A DNA stretch of 64,000 nucleotides from an uncultured Acidobacteriota bacterium (GTDB lineage: Bacteria; Acidobacteriota; Thermoanaerobaculia; Multivoradales; UBA5704), in assembly GCA_963770895.1 (NCBI GenBank), contig CAVYRF010000002.1, positions 4,096,001 to 4,160,000 on the forward strand, given 5' to 3'. This document shows positions 33,257 to 40,950 of the stretch, piece after piece (position 1 is the stretch's first letter; every line of letters starts with the position of its first letter). The translations under genes and the position numbers were made by a program. The notes under the pieces are model-generated. The model did not search any database. It worked only from the letters and a program-made list of their open reading frames with translations, and was not told where the DNA came from.

Positions 33257-34780
33257 ATGTTAATTCGCAAGGTCAACCCCGACGAGTTCGTCGATGCGTA
33301 CGACGTCAAGGAACAGATGTTCTATCCCTGGAGCGACGTCGTCTCGACGCCTTTCGGCGCCGCATGGCTGGTGGTCGAACCGGGACAGCGCACCAAGCCG
33401 CACAACCACCACGAGCAGGAGACCTTCTTCATCGTCAGCGGCCGCGGCAAGATGACCTACGACGGCGAGAGCCTGGACGTGGAGCCGGGGCACGTGGCGT
33501 ACTTCCCCGCCTTCGGCGATCACATTTTGGAAAATACCTCGGCGGACGAAGATCTGCACTTCCTCACCATTTGGTGGGAAGACGAATCGGTCGTCTCGGC
33601 GCTCAAGGACGGCAGCGCCGCCGGCAAGACGTCCGGCGCCGTCAAGGACCTGGTGGCGGTGTCGCTCGCGGCAGCGCCGGCGGCGCAGTCCGCGGCGGCG
33701 GTGATGGCTCGTTACCTGCTGCTGCGCGGCGCCCGCGCACGGCTGGCCCTGACGCCCGCGCCGGCGGCCGCGGGTGCGGACGCCACCGCGGCGGCCCCGG
33801 CCTGCGACCTGCTGCGGCGTCTGGCCGCCGCCGGCGCCATCACGGTCGACGCGCAGGGCGTGACGTTCGCGCCGGCACAGTTCGCCGCGGCGGTGCGCAG
33901 CCACTACGACCAGGCGACGATGAGCCCGCGGCTGCGCGCCCTGGTGGATGCCCAGCTGTTGCGCGGCGCCGCCGTGGCGACCCTGGCCCGGCCGGCCGCC
34001 GCCGGCGCGCCGGTGCCGCTGCCGGGCTTCACCGATCACCGCCTGGAACCCTGGTTCGAGAGCGCGGCGCGGGTGCTGGCGACGCCGCGCGGCGAAGAGC
34101 GGCCGGTGGTTTTCGTGGGCGCCGAAGGTTGGAGCGAAGCCGGCCTGCTGCCGGCGCTGGCCGCCGCGGCGGGCAAGACCTGGGCGCCGGTGGCGCTGGT
34201 CGACCTGACCGAAGCCGGGGCCGCCCTGCCCGAGTGGGCCGCCACCGGCGAGCCGCCTGCCGCCTGGACCGCCTGGCTCGGCAACCTGGGCGCCAACCTG
34301 GTGCGCGACGATGCCGGCAAGGTGCCGCCGACCCAGGCATGGACGACCGAGCAGCAGCGCTTCATGGCGCGCCTGCTGCGCTACGTCGACGAAGCCGGCG
34401 CCGCCTACGATCCCGCCACCTTCTCGCCGCGCGAAGCGGCGCGGGTGCTGTCCGACCTGGTGCGCACGGCCGGCGAGTACGCCGACCGCGAGCGCCCCTG
34501 GAACGGCATCGCCAACCGGCGCGAAGAGCGCAACACCGCCGTGGCGCTCGAAGCCCTGGCGGCCAAGGTGCTGGCCTTCCTGGCCCAGCCGCTGCTGCCG
34601 GCGTGGAGCGACCGGCTGTGGCAGGCCCTGGGATACAGCCGGCCGCTCGGCGCCGGCTCCTGGGAGACGACCCCGACCTTCGTGCCCACCGGCAGCGCGG
34701 CGGCGGGCCTGGCAGAGCTGGCGGGACCGGCGCCGGTGCCGGCGGCGGCGCCTCTCGCGGTGGCGGGGGCGCCTTCCTGA
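33257..34780 (+). CDS. Cupin fused to degenerate methionyl-tRNA-synthetase-like domain (putative hydrazine-synthetase N-N-forming subunit)
   Basis: Cupin motifs PHNHHEQETFF and PAFGDHILEN. C-terminal part aligns by eye with the 37681 MetRS-like protein (PVPLPGF..RL..WFE; FSPR; P.LP..S.RLW..LG) but lacks HIGH, Zn-knuckle and KMSKS motifs. Confidence 0.8.
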   Translation: MLIRKVNPDEFVDAYDVKEQMFYPWSDVVSTPFGAAWLVVEPGQRTKPHNHHEQETFFIVSGRGKMTYDGESLDVEPGHVAYFPAFGDHILENTSADEDLHFLTIWWEDESVVSALKDGSAAGKTSGAVKDLVAVSLAAAPAAQSAAAVMARYLLLRGARARLALTPAPAAAGADATAAAPACDLLRRLAAAGAITVDAQGVTFAPAQFAAAVRSHYDQATMSPRLRALVDAQLLRGAAVATLARPAAAGAPVPLPGFTDHRLEPWFESAARVLATPRGEERPVVFVGAEGWSEAGLLPALAAAAGKTWAPVALVDLTEAGAALPEWAATGEPPAAWTAWLGNLGANLVRDDAGKVPPTQAWTTEQQRFMARLLRYVDEAGAAYDPATFSPREAARVLSDLVRTAGEYADRERPWNGIANRREERNTAVALEALAAKVLAFLAQPLLPAWSDRLWQALGYSRPLGAGSWETTPTFVPTGSAAAGLAELAGPAPVPAAAPLAVAGAPS

Positions 34781-34837
34781 CGCCTGCGGCGCCGTCGCGC
34801 CCGGCGCGGCGGCAGCGGGTCGCGGAGCCCATGCGAA

Positions 34838-36199
34838 ATGCTGCTTGAGCCGAAGGACGATGCGGAGTCGGGGTGGATCGGGATGCTGCCGCCCGCGCCC
34901 GCGCTGTGCCCGCTCAGCGGCGACGAGCGCTGCGACTCCGCGATCATCGGCGCCGGGTTGACCGGCCTGGCCATCGCCCGCCGCCTGGTCGAGCTGCGGC
35001 CGGGCGAGCGGGTGGTGATCGTGGACGCCCAACGCGTCGGCTATGGCGCCTCGGGGCGCAACGCCGGGTTCGTCGTCGAGCTGACCGACTTCGCGGCGCG
35101 CATGGCGCCGGCCGACCGCCAGCGCTACGTGCGGGTGGCCCGGTTCGGCATCCGCTGCCTGCGCGAGCAGATCGCCGAGCACGGCATCGACTGCGGCTGG
35201 GACGACCAGGGGGTGCTGCGCGCGGCGGCGGGGGAGGAGGGGCACCGCGCCCTGGCCTCCTGGCCTGCATGGCTGGACACCGCCGGTTCTCCCTACACCC
35301 GCCTGGACGCGGCGGCCACCGCGGCGGTGACCGGCACCCCTTTCTATACCGGCGCCATCCGTTTTGGCGGCACCGCCAACGTGCAGCCGGCGGCGCTGGT
35401 GCGCGGCCTTGCCGCCGCGCTCCCCGGCGAGGTGACGGTGTTTGAAAACTCGCCGGTGCGGGCGATCCGACGCCAGGCCCTCGGCAACGGTGGGGATCGG
35501 AGCCATGGCGGCAACGGCAAGAGCGGCGCCGGCGGCGGCGCCGGTTTCCACCTCGAGGTGGGCGGCGGCACGCTCACCGCTCGGCGCCTGTTCGTGGCGG
35601 TCAACGGCTATACCCCCGGCCTGGGCCTGCTGCGCCAGCGGGTGTCGCCGCTGTGGAGCTTTGCCAGCCTGACCCGCGTGCTGAGCGCCGGCGAGCAGGC
35701 GGCGGTCGGCGGCGATCCGCAGTGGGGAGTGCTGGCGACCGATCCCTCGGGCTCGACCGTGCGGCGCACGGCGGACCAGCGCATCATGATGCGCAACACC
35801 TTTCACTTCACCTCCGAGCTGACGGTGCCGCCGGAAGTGCGCCAGGCGGCGGCGGTGCGCCATCGCGAGGCGGTCGCGGCGCGCTGGCCGGCGCTCCAGG
35901 ACGTGCCGTTCGAGTACACCTGGGGCGGGCTGATGGGAGTTTCCAGCAACGGCCAGGCGTACTTCGGCGAGCTGGAACAGAACCTTTTCACCGTGGCGAT
36001 CTACAACACCGCAGGGCTCGCGATGAGCGCCGCGGCGGGCCGCCTGCTGGCGGACCTGGCCCTGGGCTTGCGGTCGCCCCTGCTGCAAGACATCGGGCAG
36101 CTGCCGCTGCCCTCCTGGTTGCCGCCCGAGCCGCTGCGCTCCGCGCGCGGGCGGCGCAAAGTCGCGAAGCTGAACAGCCAGGCCGGAGCCTACCTGTAG
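34838..36199 (+). CDS. FAD-dependent oxidoreductase, D-amino-acid oxidase/PuuB-like
   Basis: IIGAGLTG dinucleotide fold, GYGASGRNAG, QPAALVRGLA, YTWGGLMG. Confidence 0.85.
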   Translation: MLLEPKDDAESGWIGMLPPAPALCPLSGDERCDSAIIGAGLTGLAIARRLVELRPGERVVIVDAQRVGYGASGRNAGFVVELTDFAARMAPADRQRYVRVARFGIRCLREQIAEHGIDCGWDDQGVLRAAAGEEGHRALASWPAWLDTAGSPYTRLDAAATAAVTGTPFYTGAIRFGGTANVQPAALVRGLAAALPGEVTVFENSPVRAIRRQALGNGGDRSHGGNGKSGAGGGAGFHLEVGGGTLTARRLFVAVNGYTPGLGLLRQRVSPLWSFASLTRVLSAGEQAAVGGDPQWGVLATDPSGSTVRRTADQRIMMRNTFHFTSELTVPPEVRQAAAVRHREAVAARWPALQDVPFEYTWGGLMGVSSNGQAYFGELEQNLFTVAIYNTAGLAMSAAAGRLLADLALGLRSPLLQDIGQLPLPSWLPPEPLRSARGRRKVAKLNSQAGAYL

Positions 36200-36261
36200 G
36201 CCGCACCGCGGCGGCTCCGCACCCCACGAACGGTAGACCTCAGAAGGAAAGGCGACGAGCG

Positions 36262-37668
36262 ATGAAGCAGCGGAATCGGATCGAGGATGCGGAAGCCCGT
36301 CACACAGGCGCGCCTCTCGACGTGATCGGCATTGGGTTCGGTCCTGCCAATCTCGCCCTGGCCGCGTGCTTGAAAGAGCAGCCGGAGATGATCGAAGGCC
36401 GGCTGGTGCAGAGCCTCTTTTTGGAGCGCAAGCCGCACTACGAGTGGCACCCCGACATGCTGATCCAGGGGGCGGAGATCCAGGTGCCTTTTCTCAAGGA
36501 CCTGGTGAGCCTGCGCAATCCGATCAGCCGTTTTTCTTTCCTCAACTACCTGCACGTGCACGGCAGGCTGCTCGATTTTGTCAACCTGCGCACGTTCTTC
36601 CCCACCCGCGTCGAATTCAACCAGTACTACACCTGGGTGGCGGGGCAGCTGTCCGACCGCGTGCGCTACGACCGCGAAGTGCTGTCGGTGCAGCCCGTGC
36701 CGGCCGAGGAGGACGGCGTGGTCGAGCTGCTGCAGGTCAAGGCGCGGCACCAGGCGACCGGCCGCGTCGAGGAATACCTGACGCGCAACCTGGTGGTGGC
36801 GACCGGCGGCTCGCCCTACATCCCGCCCGGCATCGACATCAGCACCACCGACAAGGTGTTCCATTCGCAGACCTTCCTTGCCGGGCTGCGGCAGCACTTC
36901 CCCGACCCCGACGCGCCCTACCGGTTCGTCGTCGTGGGTTCGGGCCAGAGCGCCGCGGAGATCTTCCAATACCTGTTCTCCAACTACCCCAACTCCGACG
37001 TGACGGCGACGATGCGGCGCTTCGCCTACAAGCCGGCCGACGAAAGCGAGTTCGTCAACGAGATCTATTCGCCGGCGATGACCGACGTGTTCTTCGGCCT
37101 GCCCGAAGCGGAGCGGCGCAGCCTGCACGCGGCGCACGCCGACACCAACTATTCGGCGGTCGACCTGGAGCTGATCCGTTCCATCTTCCGCGCCATGTAC
37201 CAGATGAAGGTGAACGGCCAGAGCCGCGTGCGGGTGCGCGCGATGTGCGAGCTCAAGCAGCTCGAAAAGAGCGGCGACAGCCTGGTCGCCACGGTGTGGA
37301 ACAAGGTGGCGGCGCGCATGGAAACCCTGGAAGCCGACGGCGTCGTGCTGGCGACCGGCTTCACCCGGCCGCGCCGCCATCCGCTGCTGCGCGAGCTGAA
37401 CAACCACCTGCTGACGACGCTTGACGGCGCCTACGACGTCCACCGCGACTACCGGGTGCGCAGCGTGCCGGGCTTCACGCCGGGCATCTATCTGCAAGGT
37501 TTCTGCGAGACCACCCACGGCATCAGCGATTCGGTGCTGTCCATCCTGCCGGTCCGCAGTCAGGAGATCGTGCAGTCGATCGTCGGCGGCACTTGCAGCC
37601 GGGCCGAGGACCTGGAGACGGCGGTGGCGAGCGCCGCCTATCTGCCGAGCTCGGGCGAACCGCTGTAA
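36262..37668 (+). CDS. L-lysine N6-/L-ornithine N5-monooxygenase (IucD/PvdA family)
   Basis: DVIGIGFGPANLALA, WHPDMLI...QVPFLKDLVSLRNP.S.FSFLNYL, VVGSGQSAAE, TNYSAVD, VLATGF, THGISDSVLS. Confidence 0.93.
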   Translation: MKQRNRIEDAEARHTGAPLDVIGIGFGPANLALAACLKEQPEMIEGRLVQSLFLERKPHYEWHPDMLIQGAEIQVPFLKDLVSLRNPISRFSFLNYLHVHGRLLDFVNLRTFFPTRVEFNQYYTWVAGQLSDRVRYDREVLSVQPVPAEEDGVVELLQVKARHQATGRVEEYLTRNLVVATGGSPYIPPGIDISTTDKVFHSQTFLAGLRQHFPDPDAPYRFVVVGSGQSAAEIFQYLFSNYPNSDVTATMRRFAYKPADESEFVNEIYSPAMTDVFFGLPEAERRSLHAAHADTNYSAVDLELIRSIFRAMYQMKVNGQSRVRVRAMCELKQLEKSGDSLVATVWNKVAARMETLEADGVVLATGFTRPRRHPLLRELNNHLLTTLDGAYDVHRDYRVRSVPGFTPGIYLQGFCETTHGISDSVLSILPVRSQEIVQSIVGGTCSRAEDLETAVASAAYLPSSGEPL

Positions 37669-37680
37669 GGCGGGGAGGAC

Positions 37681-39372
37681 GTGATGAAGAGAGTGCTGAT
37701 CACCGCCACGCCGCCGACTCCCAACGGCGAGCTGCACGTCGGACACCTTTCGGGTCCGTACCTGGCGGGCGACGTGTTCAAGCGGTTCTGCCGGCTCAAT
37801 GGGCGCGAGGTGCGCTACATCACCGGCGGCGACGACAACCAGAGCTACGTCGCCACCAAGGGCGAGCAGCTGAAAATGACGCCGCAGCAGACGGCCGACA
37901 AGTTCAACGGCGCCATCGCCGACATCCTGCGGCGGGCGCAGATCGAAGTGGACGTGTACGTGCAGCCGTTGCACTCGGCGCACCATCCGCAGTTCATCGC
38001 CGAGTTCGTAAAGCGGCTGTACGCCGCGGGCCACCTGGTGGGCAAGGACGTCGCGGCCGCCTGGTGCGGCCAGTGCGAGCGTTACCTTTTCGAGTCGTAC
38101 ATCGGCGGCATCTGCCCGCACTGCGGCGCGCACTGCGACGGCAACGTCTGCGAAGCGTGCGCCGAGCCCAACCAGTGCACCGACATGATCGACGCGACCT
38201 GCAAGAAGTGCGGCAGCCCGGCGCTGGAACGCTCCTACCGGCGGCTGTTCTTCCCGCTGGCGCCGTTCGCGTCGCGCCTCGCCGACTACTTCTCGCGGGT
38301 GAGCATGGGATCGCACCTGGCGGCCTGCTGCGACCGCATGCTCGCCAAGGGGCTGCCCGACATCCCGGTCAGCAACCTGGCGGACTGGGGCATTCCGGTG
38401 CCGGTGCCCGGCTTCGAGGGACAGCGGCTGTACGCCTGGTTCGAGATGGGGCCGGGGTATCTGAGCGCCATCAACGAAATGTTCGCCCAATCGGGGCGCG
38501 GCGACGCCTGGGCGGACTGGTGGAAGTCGGACGACGCCGAGGTGGTGCAGTTCTTCGGCTACGACAACGCCTACTTCCACACCACCCTCTTCACCTCGGA
38601 AATGATGGCGTACGACCCGGAGATCCGCCTGCCGGCGGCCTTCGTCACCAACGAGTTCTACCGGCTGGACGGGCTCAAGTTCTCGACCAGCCGCAACCAC
38701 GCCATCTGGGGCAGCGCGGCGCTCGACCACCTGCCCTCGGACGTGTTGCGCTACTTCCTCTGCCTGGACCGCCCCGAAACGGCGCAGACCAACTTCCGCT
38801 GGCAGGACTTCCGGCGCGCCGTGCACCGCGATCTGATCGAGGGCTGGCAGCCCTGGCTGCTGCAGGTGGCGCGCTCGGTGCGCGAGGAGCACCAGGGGAG
38901 CGTGCCGCAGATGGCGCCGCTGTCCGCCAACGAGCAGCGCTTCGTCGCCGAGATGGCGGGGCTGGTAGTGGCGGCGACTGCCGGCTATCAGAAGGAGAGC
39001 TTTTCGCCGCGGCGCGTGGTGGCGGCGCTCAACCAGCTGGTGGAGTCGGCGCGCATGTTCGGCGAGGCGGCCGGCTACTGGCGCAGCGGCGCCCACGAGC
39101 GGCGGCGCAATGCCGCGGCGCTGTCGGTCAGCGCCGTCGCGACGCTCGCGGCGCTGGCAGCGCCGATCATGCCGTCGCTTTCGGCGCGGCTCTGGTCCGA
39201 GCTGGGCCTGGGCCAGGCGCCCGCCGCGGGCGACTGGCCGACGCAGCCGGTGATGGTGCCGGCCGGCCGGCAGCTGCGCGGCATGGACAGCGCCTATTTC
39301 ACCGGTATCGACAGCGGGTGCGACGCGCTGGAGGCGGCGCGAGCGCCGGCGGGGGCCGCGGCCGTCGCCTGA
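37681..39372 (+). CDS. Methionyl-tRNA-synthetase-like class I aaRS paralog (biosynthetic)
   Basis: PPTPNGELHVGH (HIGH), four CxxC (CGQC, CPHC, CEAC, CKKC), FFGYDNAYFH, KFSTS (KMSKS variant); located in the tailoring operon. Confidence 0.9.
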   Translation: MMKRVLITATPPTPNGELHVGHLSGPYLAGDVFKRFCRLNGREVRYITGGDDNQSYVATKGEQLKMTPQQTADKFNGAIADILRRAQIEVDVYVQPLHSAHHPQFIAEFVKRLYAAGHLVGKDVAAAWCGQCERYLFESYIGGICPHCGAHCDGNVCEACAEPNQCTDMIDATCKKCGSPALERSYRRLFFPLAPFASRLADYFSRVSMGSHLAACCDRMLAKGLPDIPVSNLADWGIPVPVPGFEGQRLYAWFEMGPGYLSAINEMFAQSGRGDAWADWWKSDDAEVVQFFGYDNAYFHTTLFTSEMMAYDPEIRLPAAFVTNEFYRLDGLKFSTSRNHAIWGSAALDHLPSDVLRYFLCLDRPETAQTNFRWQDFRRAVHRDLIEGWQPWLLQVARSVREEHQGSVPQMAPLSANEQRFVAEMAGLVVAATAGYQKESFSPRRVVAALNQLVESARMFGEAAGYWRSGAHERRRNAAALSVSAVATLAALAAPIMPSLSARLWSELGLGQAPAAGDWPTQPVMVPAGRQLRGMDSAYFTGIDSGCDALEAARAPAGAAAVA

Positions 39373-39435
39373 GGCGGCAGGCCGGCGACCGCGGATCGAG
39401 GAACGACCCAAACGAATGACGAAAGGGATGAAGCC

Positions 39436-40863
39436 ATGAGCGAGACCTTCGACGTAATTATCATTGGCGGCGGCCCCGCCGGCACCACGGTCGCGACCAA
39501 GCTGGTGCAGCGCGGCCGCAAGGTGCTGCTTTTGGAGCGCGAAAAGTTTCCGCGCTTCCATATCGGTGAATCGATCACCGCCTTCGGCTTCACGGTGTTC
39601 AAGGAGCTGGGGGTGTTCGACGAGCTCAACGCGATGAACGAGGTGAAGAAGAAGGGACTGGAATTCGTGTTGCACGAGAAAAAGTACAAGGTCTTCTTCT
39701 TCCAGGAGAACCGCGACGAGCCGGCGCGCTGGGCGTTCCAGATGGCGCGCGACAAGTTGGACAACGTGCTGCTGCGCAACGCCCAGAAGGTCGGCGTCGA
39801 CGTGCGCGAAGAGCACCTGGTCAAGCGCGTCCTGTTCCAGGGCGACAAGGCCATCGGCGTGGAATTCAAGGATTACTCGATGGGGCCGTCCGAGGAGCTC
39901 AAGTACGCCTACGCCAAGTGGATCGTCGACGCGTCGGGGCAGGGGGCGCTGCTCAACCACCAGCTGAAGGACAACTGGTACAACGACCCGCTGCTCGACA
40001 ACAAGATGGCCATCTTCTGCCACTGGAAGGGCGACATCACGGTCAAGAACACCGACGACGAGCTCAACTTCAAGCTGTGCGTGCACAAGAACCGCCGCGA
40101 CTGGTGCTGGTACATCCCGATCGCCAAGGACACCCTGTCGCTGGGCGTGGTGCTGAGCCCCGAGACGGTGAAGCGCGAAACGCAGACCAAGTCGCTGGAA
40201 CAGATCTTCTACGAGTACGCCAAGGACATCCCGTTCATCAGCGACATCCTCAAGAACACCACCCTGGAAGCGGTGGAGAAGTTCCGCATCGTGCGCGACT
40301 ATTCCTACCGCTCCAGCCGCTACTACGGCAACCATTGGGCGATCGTCGGCGACAGCGCCGGCTTCATCGACCCGATCTTCTCGACCGGCCTGCAGGTGGC
40401 GTTCAACAGCGCCTACGCGCTGATCGACCCGCTCAACCAGCTGCTCGACCACGAGGGCCCCGGCGAGGTCGACCTGTCGGTGCTCAAGGGCTACGACTAC
40501 GCGGTCAACCGCTACTACCGCATCAATTCGATGCTGGTCTACCTGTTCTACCTGTGCCGGCTGGACTACGCCAACTACAACTTCTGGTACATGTGGAAGC
40601 ACATCGAGTGGGCCGGCTGGAGCGACCGGCTGAAGTGCGCGCGACTCTACATCCGCTACATCATGGGGTCGGCGCAGAACAAGAGCAAGTGGTTCAACCA
40701 GGTCCTGTTCGGCAATCCGGGCGCCGAAAACCCGCTGGGCGACGTGGCGATGGCGCTGTCGGCCAACTACGATAAGGTATTCAGCAAGCGCGCCGCGCGG
40801 CCGCCGCGCGAAGAGAAGGAAAAGCGGGAGCAGTGGGTCGGAGCCCAGGCCGGCGCGGCCTAG
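39436..40863 (+). CDS. Flavin-dependent halogenase-family protein
   Basis: GGGPAG, FPRFHIGES, VKKKG (candidate catalytic Lys), DASG, WCWYIP (WxWxIP), GDSAGFIDPIFSTG. Confidence 0.82.
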   Translation: MSETFDVIIIGGGPAGTTVATKLVQRGRKVLLLEREKFPRFHIGESITAFGFTVFKELGVFDELNAMNEVKKKGLEFVLHEKKYKVFFFQENRDEPARWAFQMARDKLDNVLLRNAQKVGVDVREEHLVKRVLFQGDKAIGVEFKDYSMGPSEELKYAYAKWIVDASGQGALLNHQLKDNWYNDPLLDNKMAIFCHWKGDITVKNTDDELNFKLCVHKNRRDWCWYIPIAKDTLSLGVVLSPETVKRETQTKSLEQIFYEYAKDIPFISDILKNTTLEAVEKFRIVRDYSYRSSRYYGNHWAIVGDSAGFIDPIFSTGLQVAFNSAYALIDPLNQLLDHEGPGEVDLSVLKGYDYAVNRYYRINSMLVYLFYLCRLDYANYNFWYMWKHIEWAGWSDRLKCARLYIRYIMGSAQNKSKWFNQVLFGNPGAENPLGDVAMALSANYDKVFSKRAARPPREEKEKREQWVGAQAGAA

Positions 40864-40950
40864 CCACGGCGCCAACCGCGCCGTACCCGGCCGCTGTCGG
40901 CCGCGACGTGTGACGCCGTATGCCACAGGCCCTTTGAGCAAGGAGACGCG

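Noticed and set aside
36262-37668. Siderophore interpretation (PvdA-like hydroxylase with Ser/Thr/Asp NRPS)
   Set aside because: No formyl/acyltransferase, TonB receptor or Orn/Lys-type A code seen in the window; cupin and MetRS neighbours fit hydrazine chemistry better. Not fully excluded.
33257-37668. Piperazate pathway (KtzI/KtzT)
   Set aside because: No KtzT/PaiB-like heme protein seen.
37681-39372. Housekeeping metG or self-resistance copy
   Set aside because: PPTPNG/KFSTS/GYDN variants and position between N-hydroxylase and halogenase indicate a biosynthetic paralog; gene symbol withheld.
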